Assembly (NCBI GenBank): GCA_963630695.1 | Contig: CAVGNV010000002.1 | Location: 79,197 to 143,196 of the forward strand | Direction: 5' to 3' | DNA: 64,000 bases | Source: Paratractidigestivibacter sp. | GTDB lineage: Bacteria; Bacteroidota; Bacteroidia; Bacteroidales; Bacteroidaceae | Shown: positions 39,114 to 50,082 of the stretch, piece after piece | Layout of the letters: every line of letters starts with the position of its first letter | How positions within the stretch are numbered: the first letter of the stretch is position 1 | Notes under the pieces: model-generated | Told to the model about the DNA's origin: nothing | Seen by the model: only the letters and a program-made list of their open reading frames with translations | Database searches by the model: none | Translations under genes and position numbers: made by a program

Positions 39114-40258
39114 ATGTAGCTCATCGATGCCGTTCTGCTTTTGTTGCTGCGTTGCTTCTGATAGCTGCGCCCAACGCTCTGTATGCCCAAACCATGCGCA
39201 ATGCGATGGCATACGACCACTCGTATCATCTATATCAGCATGATAGGCAGTTGACCGTGGTGCATCTCGATCTAGAGTGGCCTCGCGTGATAGACAACTC
39301 GCGTTGCTTGGCGTTGCAGAAAGCGCTCACCACGTTTTTCTTTGCTGACTCCGCATCTTATACATCTGACACCGCTTGCCCCCAGCAAGAGGCTTTCGCC
39401 CGCTATGCGCATAGCTTAGGAAACCAATTGGACAGTATGCCAGATGCTCCGGGGTTGCACAAGATGTATGCCGCCTATAAGCTCCGTATGCTTGCTTCTG
39501 TAAAGGGACGCTTGGTTATCCTTGTTGGAGAACGTGAGCTTCGTGATGCTGACTCTCTCCAAGGACACATAGAACGCCGTTATTTCAACTATGACATGAT
39601 TCATGACCGAATGCTTTCTACGGATGATGTCTTCAATGCACGAAAACTGAAGGGATATGAACGAAGAGCAGAATTTGAAGGATTGCTCTATGCAACGGCA
39701 ATTATCGATGAGCAAGAGACCGAAGAGATTCGCCTCGACTTGATGCCACAACAGGTAGCTATCTTAGGCGATAACGTCTTGTTTGATCTCGGTGGCACAC
39801 CTACGCTGCATAACATCTCTGTGGTGCCTATCGATAACCTTCGTTCTTATCTTACCAAGACCTTCCGTCAGTGGCAAGAAGAACCAGCGATTGAATCCTC
39901 TTCCAAACTTATCACCGAAGACATGATCTACGGACATGTGGATAGCTTGTGCCTTGTGGCCGACTCTATGGCTTGCTATCCCAATGGGGATAAGAGTGGG
40001 GTGCTGAGCTATCTCAGTAAGAACCTAAACCTAACGAGCGCACAAGCCACAAGCACAGACCTTCGCTTGTTGCTCTCCTTTATCGTGGAAGCGGATGGAA
40101 CCCTCAGCCACTTTGTGACATTGAGCCCTTCTCAGCCGCTTGTTGACCGTGAGGTGGTGAAGGTATTGCGTGACCTTCCGCGATGGAAGCCAGCCATAAA
40201 GGAGAATAGGCGTGTGCCGACGCGCATCTTCCTACCGATTAATCTTCGTTTGCAATGA
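39110..40258 (+). CDS. Exported protein with C-terminal TonB_C domain
   Basis: Signal peptide; C-terminal SFIVEADGTLS..DREVVKVL..LPRWKPA..LPINL. Confidence 0.7.
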   Translation: MNVAHRCRSAFVAALLLIAAPNALYAQTMRNAMAYDHSYHLYQHDRQLTVVHLDLEWPRVIDNSRCLALQKALTTFFFADSASYTSDTACPQQEAFARYAHSLGNQLDSMPDAPGLHKMYAAYKLRMLASVKGRLVILVGERELRDADSLQGHIERRYFNYDMIHDRMLSTDDVFNARKLKGYERRAEFEGLLYATAIIDEQETEEIRLDLMPQQVAILGDNVLFDLGGTPTLHNISVVPIDNLRSYLTKTFRQWQEEPAIESSSKLITEDMIYGHVDSLCLVADSMACYPNGDKSGVLSYLSKNLNLTSAQATSTDLRLLLSFIVEADGTLSHFVTLSPSQPLVDREVVKVLRDLPRWKPAIKENRRVPTRIFLPINLRLQ

Positions 40259-40302
40259 TATAAAAAAAGACTTGAAGCTATCTGCTCCAAGTCTTTTTTA
40301 TA
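40259..40302. terminator. Bidirectional terminator
   Basis: TATAAAAAAAGACTTG / CAAGTCTTTTTTATA between convergent genes. Confidence 0.85.
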
Positions 40303-40318
40303 TCTGTAGACCTCTATC

Positions 40319-41107
40319 TTAGTAGCCAGGAAAGTCGGGATTGAGAAGCTCTACCTTAGCGTGTCCGTTCTTCTTAGGGCGATCCATCTTGATGGAATGG
40401 TCACACTTGCTGCTTGACATCCACTTGGCAATTAAGTCGCCCCAACCTGCAGCCGCACTGAATGTGGGGTGGCGACCATCTTTTCCACGCGTTAGGTTCA
40501 GTTTGCTACTATCAAAGTAAGCACCCTTGCCCACATTGTCGCATATCAGTTGGTCAATGCCCGTATCCTCTTTCCAGTTGGGCGGCCCAATCCAGACAAA
40601 GGGCTTGTCGCCCATCTTGGCTATCAGCGTCTTGATGTATTGGTCGCGTTGGTCAAGATCGTTCACAAAGAGCTCATTGCTTCCTAGACATAGCACGAAG
40701 TAAGATGGATGATACTGGGCGATGTAATGTTCGAGCGTAGCCGTCGTTGCCCATTTCTCGGTAGACGAACTGTACCAAATCACGGTGTGTAGCTCATAGC
40801 CGTTGGCTGCCGTATAGTCGTCTAAGCGTCGTGTCAAGCCCTCTAGCATCGAGTCGCCAAAGAGCAAAATCACATGGCGGGACGAGTCTACCGGAGCTTC
40901 TTCTGCCTTAGATGGTTCAGCTTGTTTCTTTGCTACTTTCTTTTTCAAGGGCGCAGCATGATGCGCAGATGCTTTCTTCAGTTGTAACAAGCTAATCTTC
41001 TTCAGATTATATTCTCCAAGAGAGAATTGCAGTGGCGACATAGCGTAAGCCAGTGCAGCCACTACAATCGTTAGTAAGATTAGTATAACCTTGATCTGCG
41101 CTTTCAT
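40319..41107 (-). CDS. Membrane-anchored SGNH/GDSL hydrolase or O-acetyltransferase
   Basis: LFGDSM (Ser), LGSNE (Asn), DGRHP (DxxH). Confidence 0.8.
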   Translation of the reverse strand: MKAQIKVILILLTIVVAALAYAMSPLQFSLGEYNLKKISLLQLKKASAHHAAPLKKKVAKKQAEPSKAEEAPVDSSRHVILLFGDSMLEGLTRRLDDYTAANGYELHTVIWYSSSTEKWATTATLEHYIAQYHPSYFVLCLGSNELFVNDLDQRDQYIKTLIAKMGDKPFVWIGPPNWKEDTGIDQLICDNVGKGAYFDSSKLNLTRGKDGRHPTFSAAAGWGDLIAKWMSSSKCDHSIKMDRPKKNGHAKVELLNPDFPGY

Positions 41108-41856
41108 TCACCTAGTTCTAGTTCCACAGGACAATGATCGCTGCCCATGATTTCGGTATGTATCTTTGCGTCACGGATACGTTCTTTCAGATGGTCTGAT
41201 ACGATGAAATAGTCGATACGCCACCCCGCGTTCTTTTCTCTTGCACGGAAGCGGTATGACCACCACGAGTAGGTAATTGTATCAGGATAGAGATATCTGA
41301 ACGAGTCCGTGAAGCCACTGTTAAGCCATTGTGTCATCTTTGACCTTTCTTCGTCCGTAAATCCCGCATTGCGTCGGTTGGTTTTCGGGTTCTTCAGGTC
41401 AATTTCCTCGTGTGCCACGTTGAGGTCGCCACATACGATGACGGGCTTCGTCTGATCTAGCTGTTTCACGTAATGTTGGAAATCGTCTTCCCATCGCATA
41501 CGATAGTCGAGTCGTCTGAGTCCATCTTGTGAGTTGGGCACATAGACACAAACCAAGAAAAACGCTTCAGTCTCTAGCGTGATGACGCGTCCTTCGTGGT
41601 CGTGCTCGTCTATCCCGATGCCGTATGTGACGTTCAGAACCTCCTTGCGGGTAAAGATAGCCGTGCCACTATACCCCTTCTTGTCAGCATAGTTCCAATA
41701 AGAGGTGTAGCCAGGGAACGAGATGTCAAGTTGTCCCGCTTGCATCTTGGTTTCCTGTAAGCAGACAAAGTCGGCATCCAATGCCTCAAACGCATCCTTA
41801 AACCCCTTGCCCACGCAAGCGCGCAGACCATTGACATTCCATGAAACGAGCTTCAT
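41104..41856 (-). CDS. xth: Exodeoxyribonuclease III
   Basis: [47 protein letters not shown]. Confidence 0.96.
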   Translation of the reverse strand: MKLVSWNVNGLRACVGKGFKDAFEALDADFVCLQETKMQAGQLDISFPGYTSYWNYADKKGYSGTAIFTRKEVLNVTYGIGIDEHDHEGRVITLETEAFFLVCVYVPNSQDGLRRLDYRMRWEDDFQHYVKQLDQTKPVIVCGDLNVAHEEIDLKNPKTNRRNAGFTDEERSKMTQWLNSGFTDSFRYLYPDTITYSWWSYRFRAREKNAGWRIDYFIVSDHLKERIRDAKIHTEIMGSDHCPVELELGE

Positions 41857-41859
41857 AGC

Positions 41860-42501
41860 TTATTGTTTTTTAAGCGCTACACCAAGAGGTGCATGCATAG
41901 CGTATTCGTTGATAGAACCCTGGATGCTCACCGACTTCACTACAAGGTTACACTTGAACCAATTGTCCGAGTAGTAACCTATCGAACTGTAACTGTTATT
42001 GGTCTGTTCAAAGACGATGGTACAGAGCTTCTGCTTACCATTAAAGTCGATCATAGTAGATGCTTGCCATGACTTAGGGAAGATCTGGTAGTAGCATCCA
42101 TCACCAAGATCCGACTTGTTATATCCCCAAGGAAGATAAACGTGTAGCGTAGCTTCCAGTACAGGTAACACCGTACCTACCTTAACGCTATCCTTGTAAC
42201 GTGAATCTAGACCGCTGGTGAACACCTCTATAGGGATGTTAGTAAGCCGCACAAGTGAGTCGGTCGCTGTGATGACAGCGCTTACGGCAGTAGAGTCGTA
42301 CTTACCGGTTGAGGCATTGATGTTGTAATAAATCTGACCCGTGTACGAACCCTGCATATTGAGCAGTTTGGCAGCTTTCTCAGCTGTGGTGTAAGGTTCG
42401 TAAGTGTAGTTAGAATCCGACTCGCTGTCGTTCAGACATGATGTCATGAAGAGCATGGCTGTGCATGCAATCATGAGCGTGATGATTTGTTTTGCTTTCA
42501 T
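41860..42501 (-). CDS. Lipoprotein of unknown function (DUF4840-like)
   Basis: MKAKQ..FMTSC lipobox followed by acidic LNDSESDS; MQGSYTG motif. Confidence 0.65.
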   Translation of the reverse strand: MKAKQIITLMIACTAMLFMTSCLNDSESDSNYTYEPYTTAEKAAKLLNMQGSYTGQIYYNINASTGKYDSTAVSAVITATDSLVRLTNIPIEVFTSGLDSRYKDSVKVGTVLPVLEATLHVYLPWGYNKSDLGDGCYYQIFPKSWQASTMIDFNGKQKLCTIVFEQTNNSYSSIGYYSDNWFKCNLVVKSVSIQGSINEYAMHAPLGVALKKQ

Positions 42502-42549
42502 TTGTTTTACTTTTAAAATACACATATTATTACTATTGTTTTGAAATGA

Positions 42550-43143
42550 TTATATCCTCTTTGAGTCGGTACGCAGCAGGTTCATAAACTCCTCCCTTGT
42601 CTTGGCCTGGTTGAACGCACCGCTGAAAGCCGATGTGGTGGTGATAGAGTTTTGTTTCTCTATGCCACGCATCTGCATACACATGTGCTTGGCCTCAATG
42701 ACCACCATCACGCCCAAAGGTTTGAGGGCTTGCTGGATACAGTCTTTAATCTGCTCGGTGAGTCGTTCCTGCACTTGCAGTCGGTGGCTATATATGTCCA
42801 CCACGCGCGCCACCTTACTCAACCCCGTGATATAGCCGTTAGGGATGTATGCCACGTGCGCTTTGCCATAGAAGGGCAGCATGTGATGCTCACACATAGA
42901 GAAGAAATCGATGTCCTTGACGATGACCATCTGATTGTATTTCTCCTCAAACAACGCATCGAGCAACACCTGCTTAGCGTCCTGTGTGTATCCTCTTGTG
43001 AGCACCTGCATCGCTTTGGCCACGCGCATAGGCGTCTTGACAAGCCCCTCACGCTCAGGATCCTCGCCTAGCAAGGTCAGTATTTCTTGATAATGCTGTG
43101 CGAGCTGGTCTAGCCCCTCGCGATATTCTGTATTTGTTTCCAT
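42550..43143 (-). CDS. folE: GTP cyclohydrolase I
   Basis: [43 protein letters not shown]. Confidence 0.97.
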   Translation of the reverse strand: METNTEYREGLDQLAQHYQEILTLLGEDPEREGLVKTPMRVAKAMQVLTRGYTQDAKQVLLDALFEEKYNQMVIVKDIDFFSMCEHHMLPFYGKAHVAYIPNGYITGLSKVARVVDIYSHRLQVQERLTEQIKDCIQQALKPLGVMVVIEAKHMCMQMRGIEKQNSITTTSAFSGAFNQAKTREEFMNLLRTDSKRI

Positions 43144-43146
43144 TGT

Positions 43147-43842
43147 TTAATAGTCCATATAGTTGTCATCAATGTCTCTGTAAGAAGCATCGCGAACGGT
43201 AATCATTGTACGCACGATGTTGGCTCCCTTCAGTCCATTGCTCTTGAGTTTGCGTAGAATCACTTGTGCATCCTTATATTCTACAAAGTTGCCCATATAG
43301 CACATCCATCTCGGGGCATAGAAGTGGACATATACGGGCTGGTCGTTGGCCACCGCTTTGGCCTTGTGTCCTATCTCTTCGGCTTGTTCGCGGTCCTTAC
43401 GTGTGTTGCCTCCGCTGAACAATTGTATTCTGAATCCCTTAGCTTTGTGTGCTCCGGTGAGAATCTTCTGCTTCATGACGGTACGCTTTCCGCCTTTGCT
43501 TTGGCGCACACGGCGGCGTACCACACACATGGTGCGTGTATGTGTTGCTGCAGCGGGTTTGGGTGCAGCAATCTTTATCTCGTTTCGTGGAGCTACCGGT
43601 GTGGAGGAGGGTAGCTTGATCACTTTTGATAAGTCTTGTTTCTTGGATGATTGTGTGTTGGATGGTTTGTTTTGTTCAGTGCGTTTGTTTTTCTTGGATT
43701 GGTCTTTGTTGTTGGCTTTGTTGTTTCTGCCATTGACCAGTGCATCGATATCTGCGCTTTGGGTCACAGTTACCGAACCTTGCGCCCATACGCTAAGGTT
43801 TGCTATGAGCAGCAAAAAGAGTATTGCTACTGTTTTTTTCAT
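43147..43842 (-). CDS. SPOR-domain exported protein
   Basis: Signal peptide, basic linker, C-terminal GFRIQLFSGGN..FYAPRW..GNF. Confidence 0.8.
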   Translation of the reverse strand: MKKTVAILFLLLIANLSVWAQGSVTVTQSADIDALVNGRNNKANNKDQSKKNKRTEQNKPSNTQSSKKQDLSKVIKLPSSTPVAPRNEIKIAAPKPAAATHTRTMCVVRRRVRQSKGGKRTVMKQKILTGAHKAKGFRIQLFSGGNTRKDREQAEEIGHKAKAVANDQPVYVHFYAPRWMCYMGNFVEYKDAQVILRKLKSNGLKGANIVRTMITVRDASYRDIDDNYMDY

Positions 43843-43868
43843 ACGAGTAAGATTGATTAAGATAGCGA

Positions 43869-43916
43869 ACAGACCGGCAGCCCGGCTTCATGTGTCATGG
43901 CGGACTGCTGGTCTGT
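43869..43916 (-). terminator. Stem-loop after tpiA
   Basis: ACAGACCGGCAG / CTGCTGGTCTGT stem. Confidence 0.6.
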
Positions 43917-43935
43917 ATGAGGTGTTATAGATAGA

Positions 43936-44697
43936 TTACTTCTTCCAAGCGTCGATGATACCCTTGAAGTCGGCTGCCTTCAGAGAAGCACCACCAATCA
44001 GACCACCATCGATGTTAGGTTTAGCGAAGAGCTCAGCAGCGTTGCTAGGCTTGCAGCTACCACCATAAAGGATTGTGGTATCGTCAGCAGCAGCCTCACC
44101 ATACTTCTCAGCTACGATGCTACGGATGTAAGCAAGCATCTCTTCAGCTTGGTCGCTAGTAGCGGTCTTGCCTGTACCGATAGCCCAGATGGGTTCGTAA
44201 GCCAAAACGATGTTCTTCCAATCCTCTGCGCTGAGGTGGAATACAGAACCATCAAGCTCAGCCTTTACCACCTCGTTCTGCTTGTTAGCTTCGCGCTCCT
44301 CAAGAGTTTCGCCGCAGCAGAAGATAACCTTCAAACCGTTCTTCAGTGCGAGCTCTACCTTCTCCTTAAGCACTTCAGCAGTCTCATTGTAGTATTGACG
44401 ACGCTCTGAGTGGCCAAGGATAACGTATTGTGCGCCAGTGCTCTTAACCATAGCAGCTGAAACCTCACCAGTGTAAGCACCCTTCTCCTTGTCAGCACAG
44501 TTTTCTGCGCCAAGCTCTACAACGCTTGAGTCGAGAACGGCTGCTACGCTTGCCAAGTGGATGAATGGTGTGCAGATCACTACACCGCAGTTTGGCTTGT
44601 CAGCTACCAATGATTCGTTGATCTCTTTTGCCAGAGCTACGCCCTCTTGCAGGTTCTCATTCATTTTCCAGTTGCCTGCTACAATTTTCTTTCTCAT
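43936..44697 (-). CDS. tpiA: Triosephosphate isomerase
   Basis: [39 protein letters not shown]. Confidence 0.98.
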   Translation of the reverse strand: MRKKIVAGNWKMNENLQEGVALAKEINESLVADKPNCGVVICTPFIHLASVAAVLDSSVVELGAENCADKEKGAYTGEVSAAMVKSTGAQYVILGHSERRQYYNETAEVLKEKVELALKNGLKVIFCCGETLEEREANKQNEVVKAELDGSVFHLSAEDWKNIVLAYEPIWAIGTGKTATSDQAEEMLAYIRSIVAEKYGEAAADDTTILYGGSCKPSNAAELFAKPNIDGGLIGGASLKAADFKGIIDAWKK

Positions 44698-46039
44698 TTT
44701 CTTTTTCTGTTAAAAGTTCTTGTTGTGTATTGTATAAATCTTCTTTCTTTTGTTTCTTTTTGCTTCTGAGCCATTTGGTCCATGACCATAACCTATCGGC
44801 AAGGGTGAGCAATGTTAGCGGAAGGACAAACCAAAGCACCATCAGTAACACCTTGTCAGCGATGCTTCGTGTAGATATCTGCCCGATGGTAGCGCGTGTG
44901 ATGGGTGTCTGAAACTCCTCTGCGGCGGGTAGGGCGTTGTGGCTCCACTTGTTTAGGATGGTGCCATCCTTGAGCAACATCAGTCCGGGGTTGCTTCGTA
45001 TCATCGTCTTCAGCACGGTCTCGTCGCACGTGTAGAATGGATATTCGGCTCCGGTGAGGTCGCGCCAGTGTGCTATGCCCTTGTCATCACTTGCCGTCAA
45101 GCCCACAAAGGGGATGTGATTGTCCTTGCAATATTCGCTGATGCGATCGATATCGCCAAAGTTGGCATCGTCAGCATATTCGAGATGTGGCGCCACGAGG
45201 ACGAAGATGTATCCTTTGTGACGTATGATGGAGTCGGTCACGTCGTTGCCCGTTTTCTCGTTAGTGATCGAAAGGTCAGAGATGCGAGGCACAAATCCCT
45301 TCTCGGTCATCACCGTCTTGCTATCAATGAACGTCCATGTAGAGTCGGGATAGTTGTCGATGGTAAACTCCTTGCGTATGCCGTCTTTCTCAAGAATGAA
45401 CGTGGTGTCAAACTTCGGTTGCTTAGCTCCTTTCGGAATCTCCATCTCTTTGGGGATATTGGCACCGATATGATAAGGACGGAAGTCGAATATGGGCAGA
45501 TAGCGCAGACTTATTGTCGAGGTGATGATGATGAAGATGATGGTGTAGTTGATCACTATCCACTGGTTGGCCTTGGAGATAAACCGCATCATCTTGAGCG
45601 GTCTGTAGGCTATCAGCACTGATAATGCCAATAACACGATGTTCTTAGCCAGCGTCTGCTCATTGGTAAGGTGAATCGCATCACCAAAGCATCCACAGTC
45701 CTCGATAGGGTTCCATCCCACGAGCCACACCGTTACAAGGGTCATCACCGCCATGAATGCCACCAATAGCTTGCTGGTCAGTCGGCGCTGGATGGCAAAG
45801 AGCAAGAAGATGCCGAGGCAAAACTCCAATGCTGAGAGCGAGATGCTCATCGTTAGCGTCATCCACTGGGCCACCTTTCCCGTCAGTCCTACGGCAGCGA
45901 CATAGTCGTTGATACGATATTGCGTGCCCAGCGGGTCTACTGCCTTGACGTATCCGGAGAAGATAAAGACCGCTGAGACCAGCAGCCTACTGACGTTAAT
46001 TGCAGTGGCAAGAATCCTTTGCTTGTGTTGTGTCGTCAT
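44657..46039 (-). CDS. DoxX/MauE-type membrane protein with thioredoxin-like region (BT_3928-like)
   Basis: [36 protein letters not shown]; upstream of tpiA. Confidence 0.82.
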   Translation of the reverse strand: MTTQHKQRILATAINVSRLLVSAVFIFSGYVKAVDPLGTQYRINDYVAAVGLTGKVAQWMTLTMSISLSALEFCLGIFLLFAIQRRLTSKLLVAFMAVMTLVTVWLVGWNPIEDCGCFGDAIHLTNEQTLAKNIVLLALSVLIAYRPLKMMRFISKANQWIVINYTIIFIIITSTISLRYLPIFDFRPYHIGANIPKEMEIPKGAKQPKFDTTFILEKDGIRKEFTIDNYPDSTWTFIDSKTVMTEKGFVPRISDLSITNEKTGNDVTDSIIRHKGYIFVLVAPHLEYADDANFGDIDRISEYCKDNHIPFVGLTASDDKGIAHWRDLTGAEYPFYTCDETVLKTMIRSNPGLMLLKDGTILNKWSHNALPAAEEFQTPITRATIGQISTRSIADKVLLMVLWFVLPLTLLTLADRLWSWTKWLRSKKKQKKEDLYNTQQELLTEKENEKENCSRQLENE

Positions 46040-46586
46040 TTTTGCGCAACCTGATTACTCCAAATACGGCATAATTGATGATGTCCATATAGTTGGCATC
46101 TATGCCTTCGCTCACGAGCGTGTTCCCGTGCAGATCCTCTATCTCCTTGATGCGCTCTATCTTGGTGAGAATCAAGTCGGTGTAACTGCTGATGCGCATA
46201 TCGCGCCAAGCCTCTCCATAGTCGTGATTCTTATGCTTCATGAGAGTCAAGGCTTCGTTGCTGAAGCGGTCGTAGAGCTCGGTGGCTTCTGCGGGGCTGA
46301 TGTCAATGTGGTCAGAAAAGCCTTTCTCAAGCTGAATCAAACCGATGATGCCATAATTGATCAGCGCGACAAACTCCTGGTCGATGCCATCCCCCACCTT
46401 GTTAACACCCGTAATCTCGATGGAACGTATGCGTTTGGCCTTGATAAACAGCTGGTCGGTCAGTGAGGAGGGGCGCAGGATACGCCACGAAGCACCATAG
46501 TCGTGTAGCTTCTTGGTAAACAATTCGCGACAGAAAGCTATGGTCTGCTGAAACTGTAACTCTGTTTTGCTGTTATCTTGCTGCAT
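45996..46586 (-). CDS. DUF1599 protein
   Basis: Duplicated KxHDYG.(S/A)WR motif (KKLHDYGASWR, KNHDYGEAWR), D.INY; start set downstream of TAACTTTG (46605-46612 rc). Confidence 0.85.
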   Translation of the reverse strand: MQQDNSKTELQFQQTIAFCRELFTKKLHDYGASWRILRPSSLTDQLFIKAKRIRSIEITGVNKVGDGIDQEFVALINYGIIGLIQLEKGFSDHIDISPAEATELYDRFSNEALTLMKHKNHDYGEAWRDMRISSYTDLILTKIERIKEIEDLHGNTLVSEGIDANYMDIINYAVFGVIRLRKNDDTTQAKDSCHCN

Positions 46587-46684
46587 TTTCGTCCTTTTTG
46601 AGGGCAAAGTTAAGCATTCCAAACGAATTGACAAAATCTCTTATATAAATATATGTGAAACCAGCGTCACACCTTTCGTATGCC

Positions 46685-46832
46685 ACTGGGATAGGTTTTG
46701 CATCCTCAAATGAGCCTTCTCGTTATCTCGTATAGCCTCTATCGGAAGTAAAAATAAATTGATTTTCGGAGAAAAATAAATTAATTTCTATTCAAAAATA
46801 AATTGATTTCTCATCTGATAGCGCCTCTAATG
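46685..46832. repeat. Dispersed 22-bp-period element, copy 3 (opposite orientation)
   Basis: AAAATAAATT(G/A)ATTT units with AATT at 46757, 46779, 46801; flanking phased units such as CGTATAGCCTCTATCG (46729) and GATAGCGCCTCTAATG (46817). Confidence 0.8.
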
Positions 46833-46900
46833 TAAGATGATAATTTGTCTATGTGGGTGAAAAAGCGTACCTTTGCAGTCTATATTTTGCTTATAAAACC

Positions 46901-48403
46901 ATGCGTGAATATACCGATGCCGAACTGGCGCAGCTATTAGATAAAGATATTTTTCATCATATTACGGCAGCAGCCGACCGCCTAGGGGTGGAGTGTTACG
47001 TGGTAGGAGGATATGTGCGTGATATTTTCTTAGAACGCCCGTCTAATGATATCGATGTCGTAGTGGTGGGTAGCGGTATCAAGGTGGCACAGGAGCTCCG
47101 TCGTGAACTTGGCGGTAAGGCCCATGTGTCGGTGTTCCGCAATTTCGGCACGGCGCAGGTCAAATATAAAGGTATAGAGGTTGAGTTTGTGGGAGCCCGA
47201 AAGGAGAGTTATAATCGCGGTTCGCGCAAACCCATCGTCGAAGATGGAACGCTGGAAGATGATCAAAATCGTCGCGATTTCACCATAAACGCTATGGCAA
47301 TCTGCCTTAACAAAGATCGGTTTGGTGAACTGGTGGATCCTTTTGGCGGTTTGGACGACTTGTGGGATGGCGTCATTCGTACGCCACTTGACCCTGATAT
47401 CACTTTCTCAGACGATCCACTGCGTATGTTGCGGTGTATCCGTTTTGCTACACAACTCAATTTCTACATCGATGAGGAGACCTTTGCTGCTCTACAACGT
47501 GATGCTGAGCGCATCAAGATTATCAGTGGAGAGCGCATAGAGGAGGAACTATCTAAGATTCTTAAGTCGCGTTTCCCAAGTAAGGGTTTTGTAGATTTGC
47601 AACGCTCAGGACTGCTTCAGCTGATCATTCCCGAGATCGCTGCGCTGGATAACGTGGAAACGCGCAACGGCAGAGCGCATAAGAACAATTTCTATCACAC
47701 CTTAGAGGTGCTTGAGAATGTGGCCCGCAGTGAAGAAAAGGCTTTTGCTGCAAAGCAACGTGCTGGTGAGGTGCCCGCAAAAGAACGTTTTAGCCCTAAT
47801 GTGTGGCTACGTTGGGCGGCGCTGTTCCATGACGTGGGCAAGCCAAAGAGCAAGCGTTGGGATAACAAGATGGGATGGACATTCCATAACCACAATGACA
47901 TCGGGGCTCGTATGATTCCTGGGTTGTTCAGACGACTGAAGTTGCCACTGGATATGAAGATGAAATATGTTCAGAAACTGGTGGAACTGCACATGCGTCC
48001 CATTGTTATTGCTGATGAGGAGGTAACCGATTCGGCAGTGCGTCGACTGGTAAATGATGCTGGTGATGATATTGATGACCTGATGATGCTATGCGAAGCG
48101 GATATCACCAGTAAGAATCAAGTGCGGAAAAAACGTTTCTTGGAAAACTTCCGGATGGTTCGCGTGAAGATTGCTGACCTAAAGGAACGCGACTTTAAAC
48201 GCTTGCTTCAACCTTGCATCGATGGAAACGAAATCATGCAGATGTTCAACCTTAAACCCAGTCGTGAGGTGGGTGAACTGAAAAAGATTCTCAAGGATGC
48301 TGTGCTCGATAACCGCATCCCTAACGAGCGTGAACCTCTCATGCAGCTACTCAAAGAGTCGGCACAGCAAATGGGGATACATGGCGTGGAAAAAGAAGGC
48401 TGA
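46901..48403 (+). CDS. cca: CCA tRNA nucleotidyltransferase with HD domain
   Basis: VVGGYVRD..DIDVV, EFVGARKESY, RRDFTINAMA, DDPLRMLR, LFHDVGK; promoter TACCTTTG at 46868. Confidence 0.9.
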   Translation: MREYTDAELAQLLDKDIFHHITAAADRLGVECYVVGGYVRDIFLERPSNDIDVVVVGSGIKVAQELRRELGGKAHVSVFRNFGTAQVKYKGIEVEFVGARKESYNRGSRKPIVEDGTLEDDQNRRDFTINAMAICLNKDRFGELVDPFGGLDDLWDGVIRTPLDPDITFSDDPLRMLRCIRFATQLNFYIDEETFAALQRDAERIKIISGERIEEELSKILKSRFPSKGFVDLQRSGLLQLIIPEIAALDNVETRNGRAHKNNFYHTLEVLENVARSEEKAFAAKQRAGEVPAKERFSPNVWLRWAALFHDVGKPKSKRWDNKMGWTFHNHNDIGARMIPGLFRRLKLPLDMKMKYVQKLVELHMRPIVIADEEVTDSAVRRLVNDAGDDIDDLMMLCEADITSKNQVRKKRFLENFRMVRVKIADLKERDFKRLLQPCIDGNEIMQMFNLKPSREVGELKKILKDAVLDNRIPNEREPLMQLLKESAQQMGIHGVEKEG

Positions 48404-48714
48404 AACGGTGCCCGCGTTAGGCTGTGAAACGTTTGTTAAATCGCAATAATTTATAGTTGGGATATAAAGCTCTGTCGAATAGGGAATTATTCTACTTTTA
48501 ACGCGTTTTTTTATTCTTAATAATTATTGTTAAAGTTTTGGCTGTAAATTTATTTGTTAGGTATCAAATGGCTAACTTTGCATACGAAAAAACTCGAATA
48601 ACGCGTAGAGTTTTCGGTTAAACAACTGATTAATAGAGATTTATTTAGGTTTTTATATATATACAACTCAGATCCGAAAGATAGTCTGACTCAAATTAAA
48701 TTTTTATATTAGGT

Positions 48715-50052
48715 ATGAAGAAAAACAAGATTTTACTGTTAGCTGCTATGGCAGTGGCAGTGCTCACAAGTTGCGGTGGCGGTTCTAACGGACTTCCAAC
48801 GTCAAATGAGTATCCTGTAATCACAATTGGTGTAGCTAATGCCCAATTGAAAACAACCTATCCTGCTACTATCAAGGGTATTCAGGATGTAGAAGTTCGA
48901 CCAAAGGTGTCTGGCTTTATCACCAAGTTGAACGTTCATGAAGGACAGGCCGTAAGCGCAGGACAAGTATTGTTTGTCATCGACAACGAAACCTATCAAG
49001 CTGCAGTGCGCCAAGCTCAAGCTGGTGTGAACGCTGCAAATAGTTCGGTAAACCAAGCCAAAGCAGGCGTGGTTCAGGCACAAGCCTCTCTCAATTCGGC
49101 AAACGCTCAGGCTGCAACAGCCCGTTTGACCTATACCAATAGTGAGAACCTATACAAGAATAAGGTAATAGGTTCATACGAATTGGAAACAGCTAAGAAC
49201 TCATATCAGACCGCTATGGCTGCCGTACGTCAAGCACAGAGCTCTGTTGCTTCGGCTGAAGCTGCCGTAAAACAGGCTGAAGCTGCCGTAAAACAACAAG
49301 AGGCTTCCCTTGCTACTGCCAAGGAAAACCTCTCATTCTGCTATGTTAAGAGTCCCGCAACGGGTGTAGTAGGCTCTCTGCCTTATAAGGAAGGAGCACT
49401 AGTAAGCGCATCTTCTGCACAGCCTGTGACTACAGTGAGCAACGCTTCTACCATTGAGGTCTACTTCTCAATGACCGAAACTGACATTCTGAAGCTCACT
49501 CGTACCAACAATGGCTTGGCCAATGCCATCAAAGCCTTTCCTACAGTAAGCTTGCAGTTGGCTGATGGAACCACCTATAACCACGAAGGAACAGTAGTTA
49601 AGACCAGCGGCATCATCGATCCTACCACTGGTACCGTATCAGTTATCGCTCGTTTCGCTAACACCGAACATCTTCTCAAGAGTGGCGGTTCTGGTAACAT
49701 CGTGATTGCAAAGAACAATAACAATGCTATCCTTGTACCACAATCAGCTACTTCACAGGTTCAGAACAAGATCTTCGTCTACAAAGTAGATGCAAGCAAC
49801 AAGGTTCATTACTCTGAAATCACTGTTGATCCACAGAACGATGGCAAAAATTACATCGTTACTGGCGGTCTGAAGATGGGTGAAAAGATTGTTACCAAGG
49901 GCTTGACAACGCTTTCTGATGGTCAGGAAATTAAGGCATTGACCGAAGCTGAATATGAGGCTGCAGTGGCAAAGTCGGAAAAGCTCGGTGAGAAACAAGG
50001 CTCAGCAGGTGGCTTCCTTGACGCTATGACAGGAAAGGAAGATAAAAAATAA
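48715..50052 (+). CDS. RND efflux periplasmic adaptor (MFP), lipoprotein
   Basis: Lipobox LTSC; VEVRPKVSG..V.EG..V..GQVLF.ID lipoyl half, long Ala/Gln coiled hairpin, IDPTTGT. Confidence 0.93.
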   Translation: MKKNKILLLAAMAVAVLTSCGGGSNGLPTSNEYPVITIGVANAQLKTTYPATIKGIQDVEVRPKVSGFITKLNVHEGQAVSAGQVLFVIDNETYQAAVRQAQAGVNAANSSVNQAKAGVVQAQASLNSANAQAATARLTYTNSENLYKNKVIGSYELETAKNSYQTAMAAVRQAQSSVASAEAAVKQAEAAVKQQEASLATAKENLSFCYVKSPATGVVGSLPYKEGALVSASSAQPVTTVSNASTIEVYFSMTETDILKLTRTNNGLANAIKAFPTVSLQLADGTTYNHEGTVVKTSGIIDPTTGTVSVIARFANTEHLLKSGGSGNIVIAKNNNNAILVPQSATSQVQNKIFVYKVDASNKVHYSEITVDPQNDGKNYIVTGGLKMGEKIVTKGLTTLSDGQEIKALTEAEYEAAVAKSEKLGEKQGSAGGFLDAMTGKEDKK

Positions 50053-50082
50053 GTAAGCATAAAGTATTAAAGATACAGCAAT

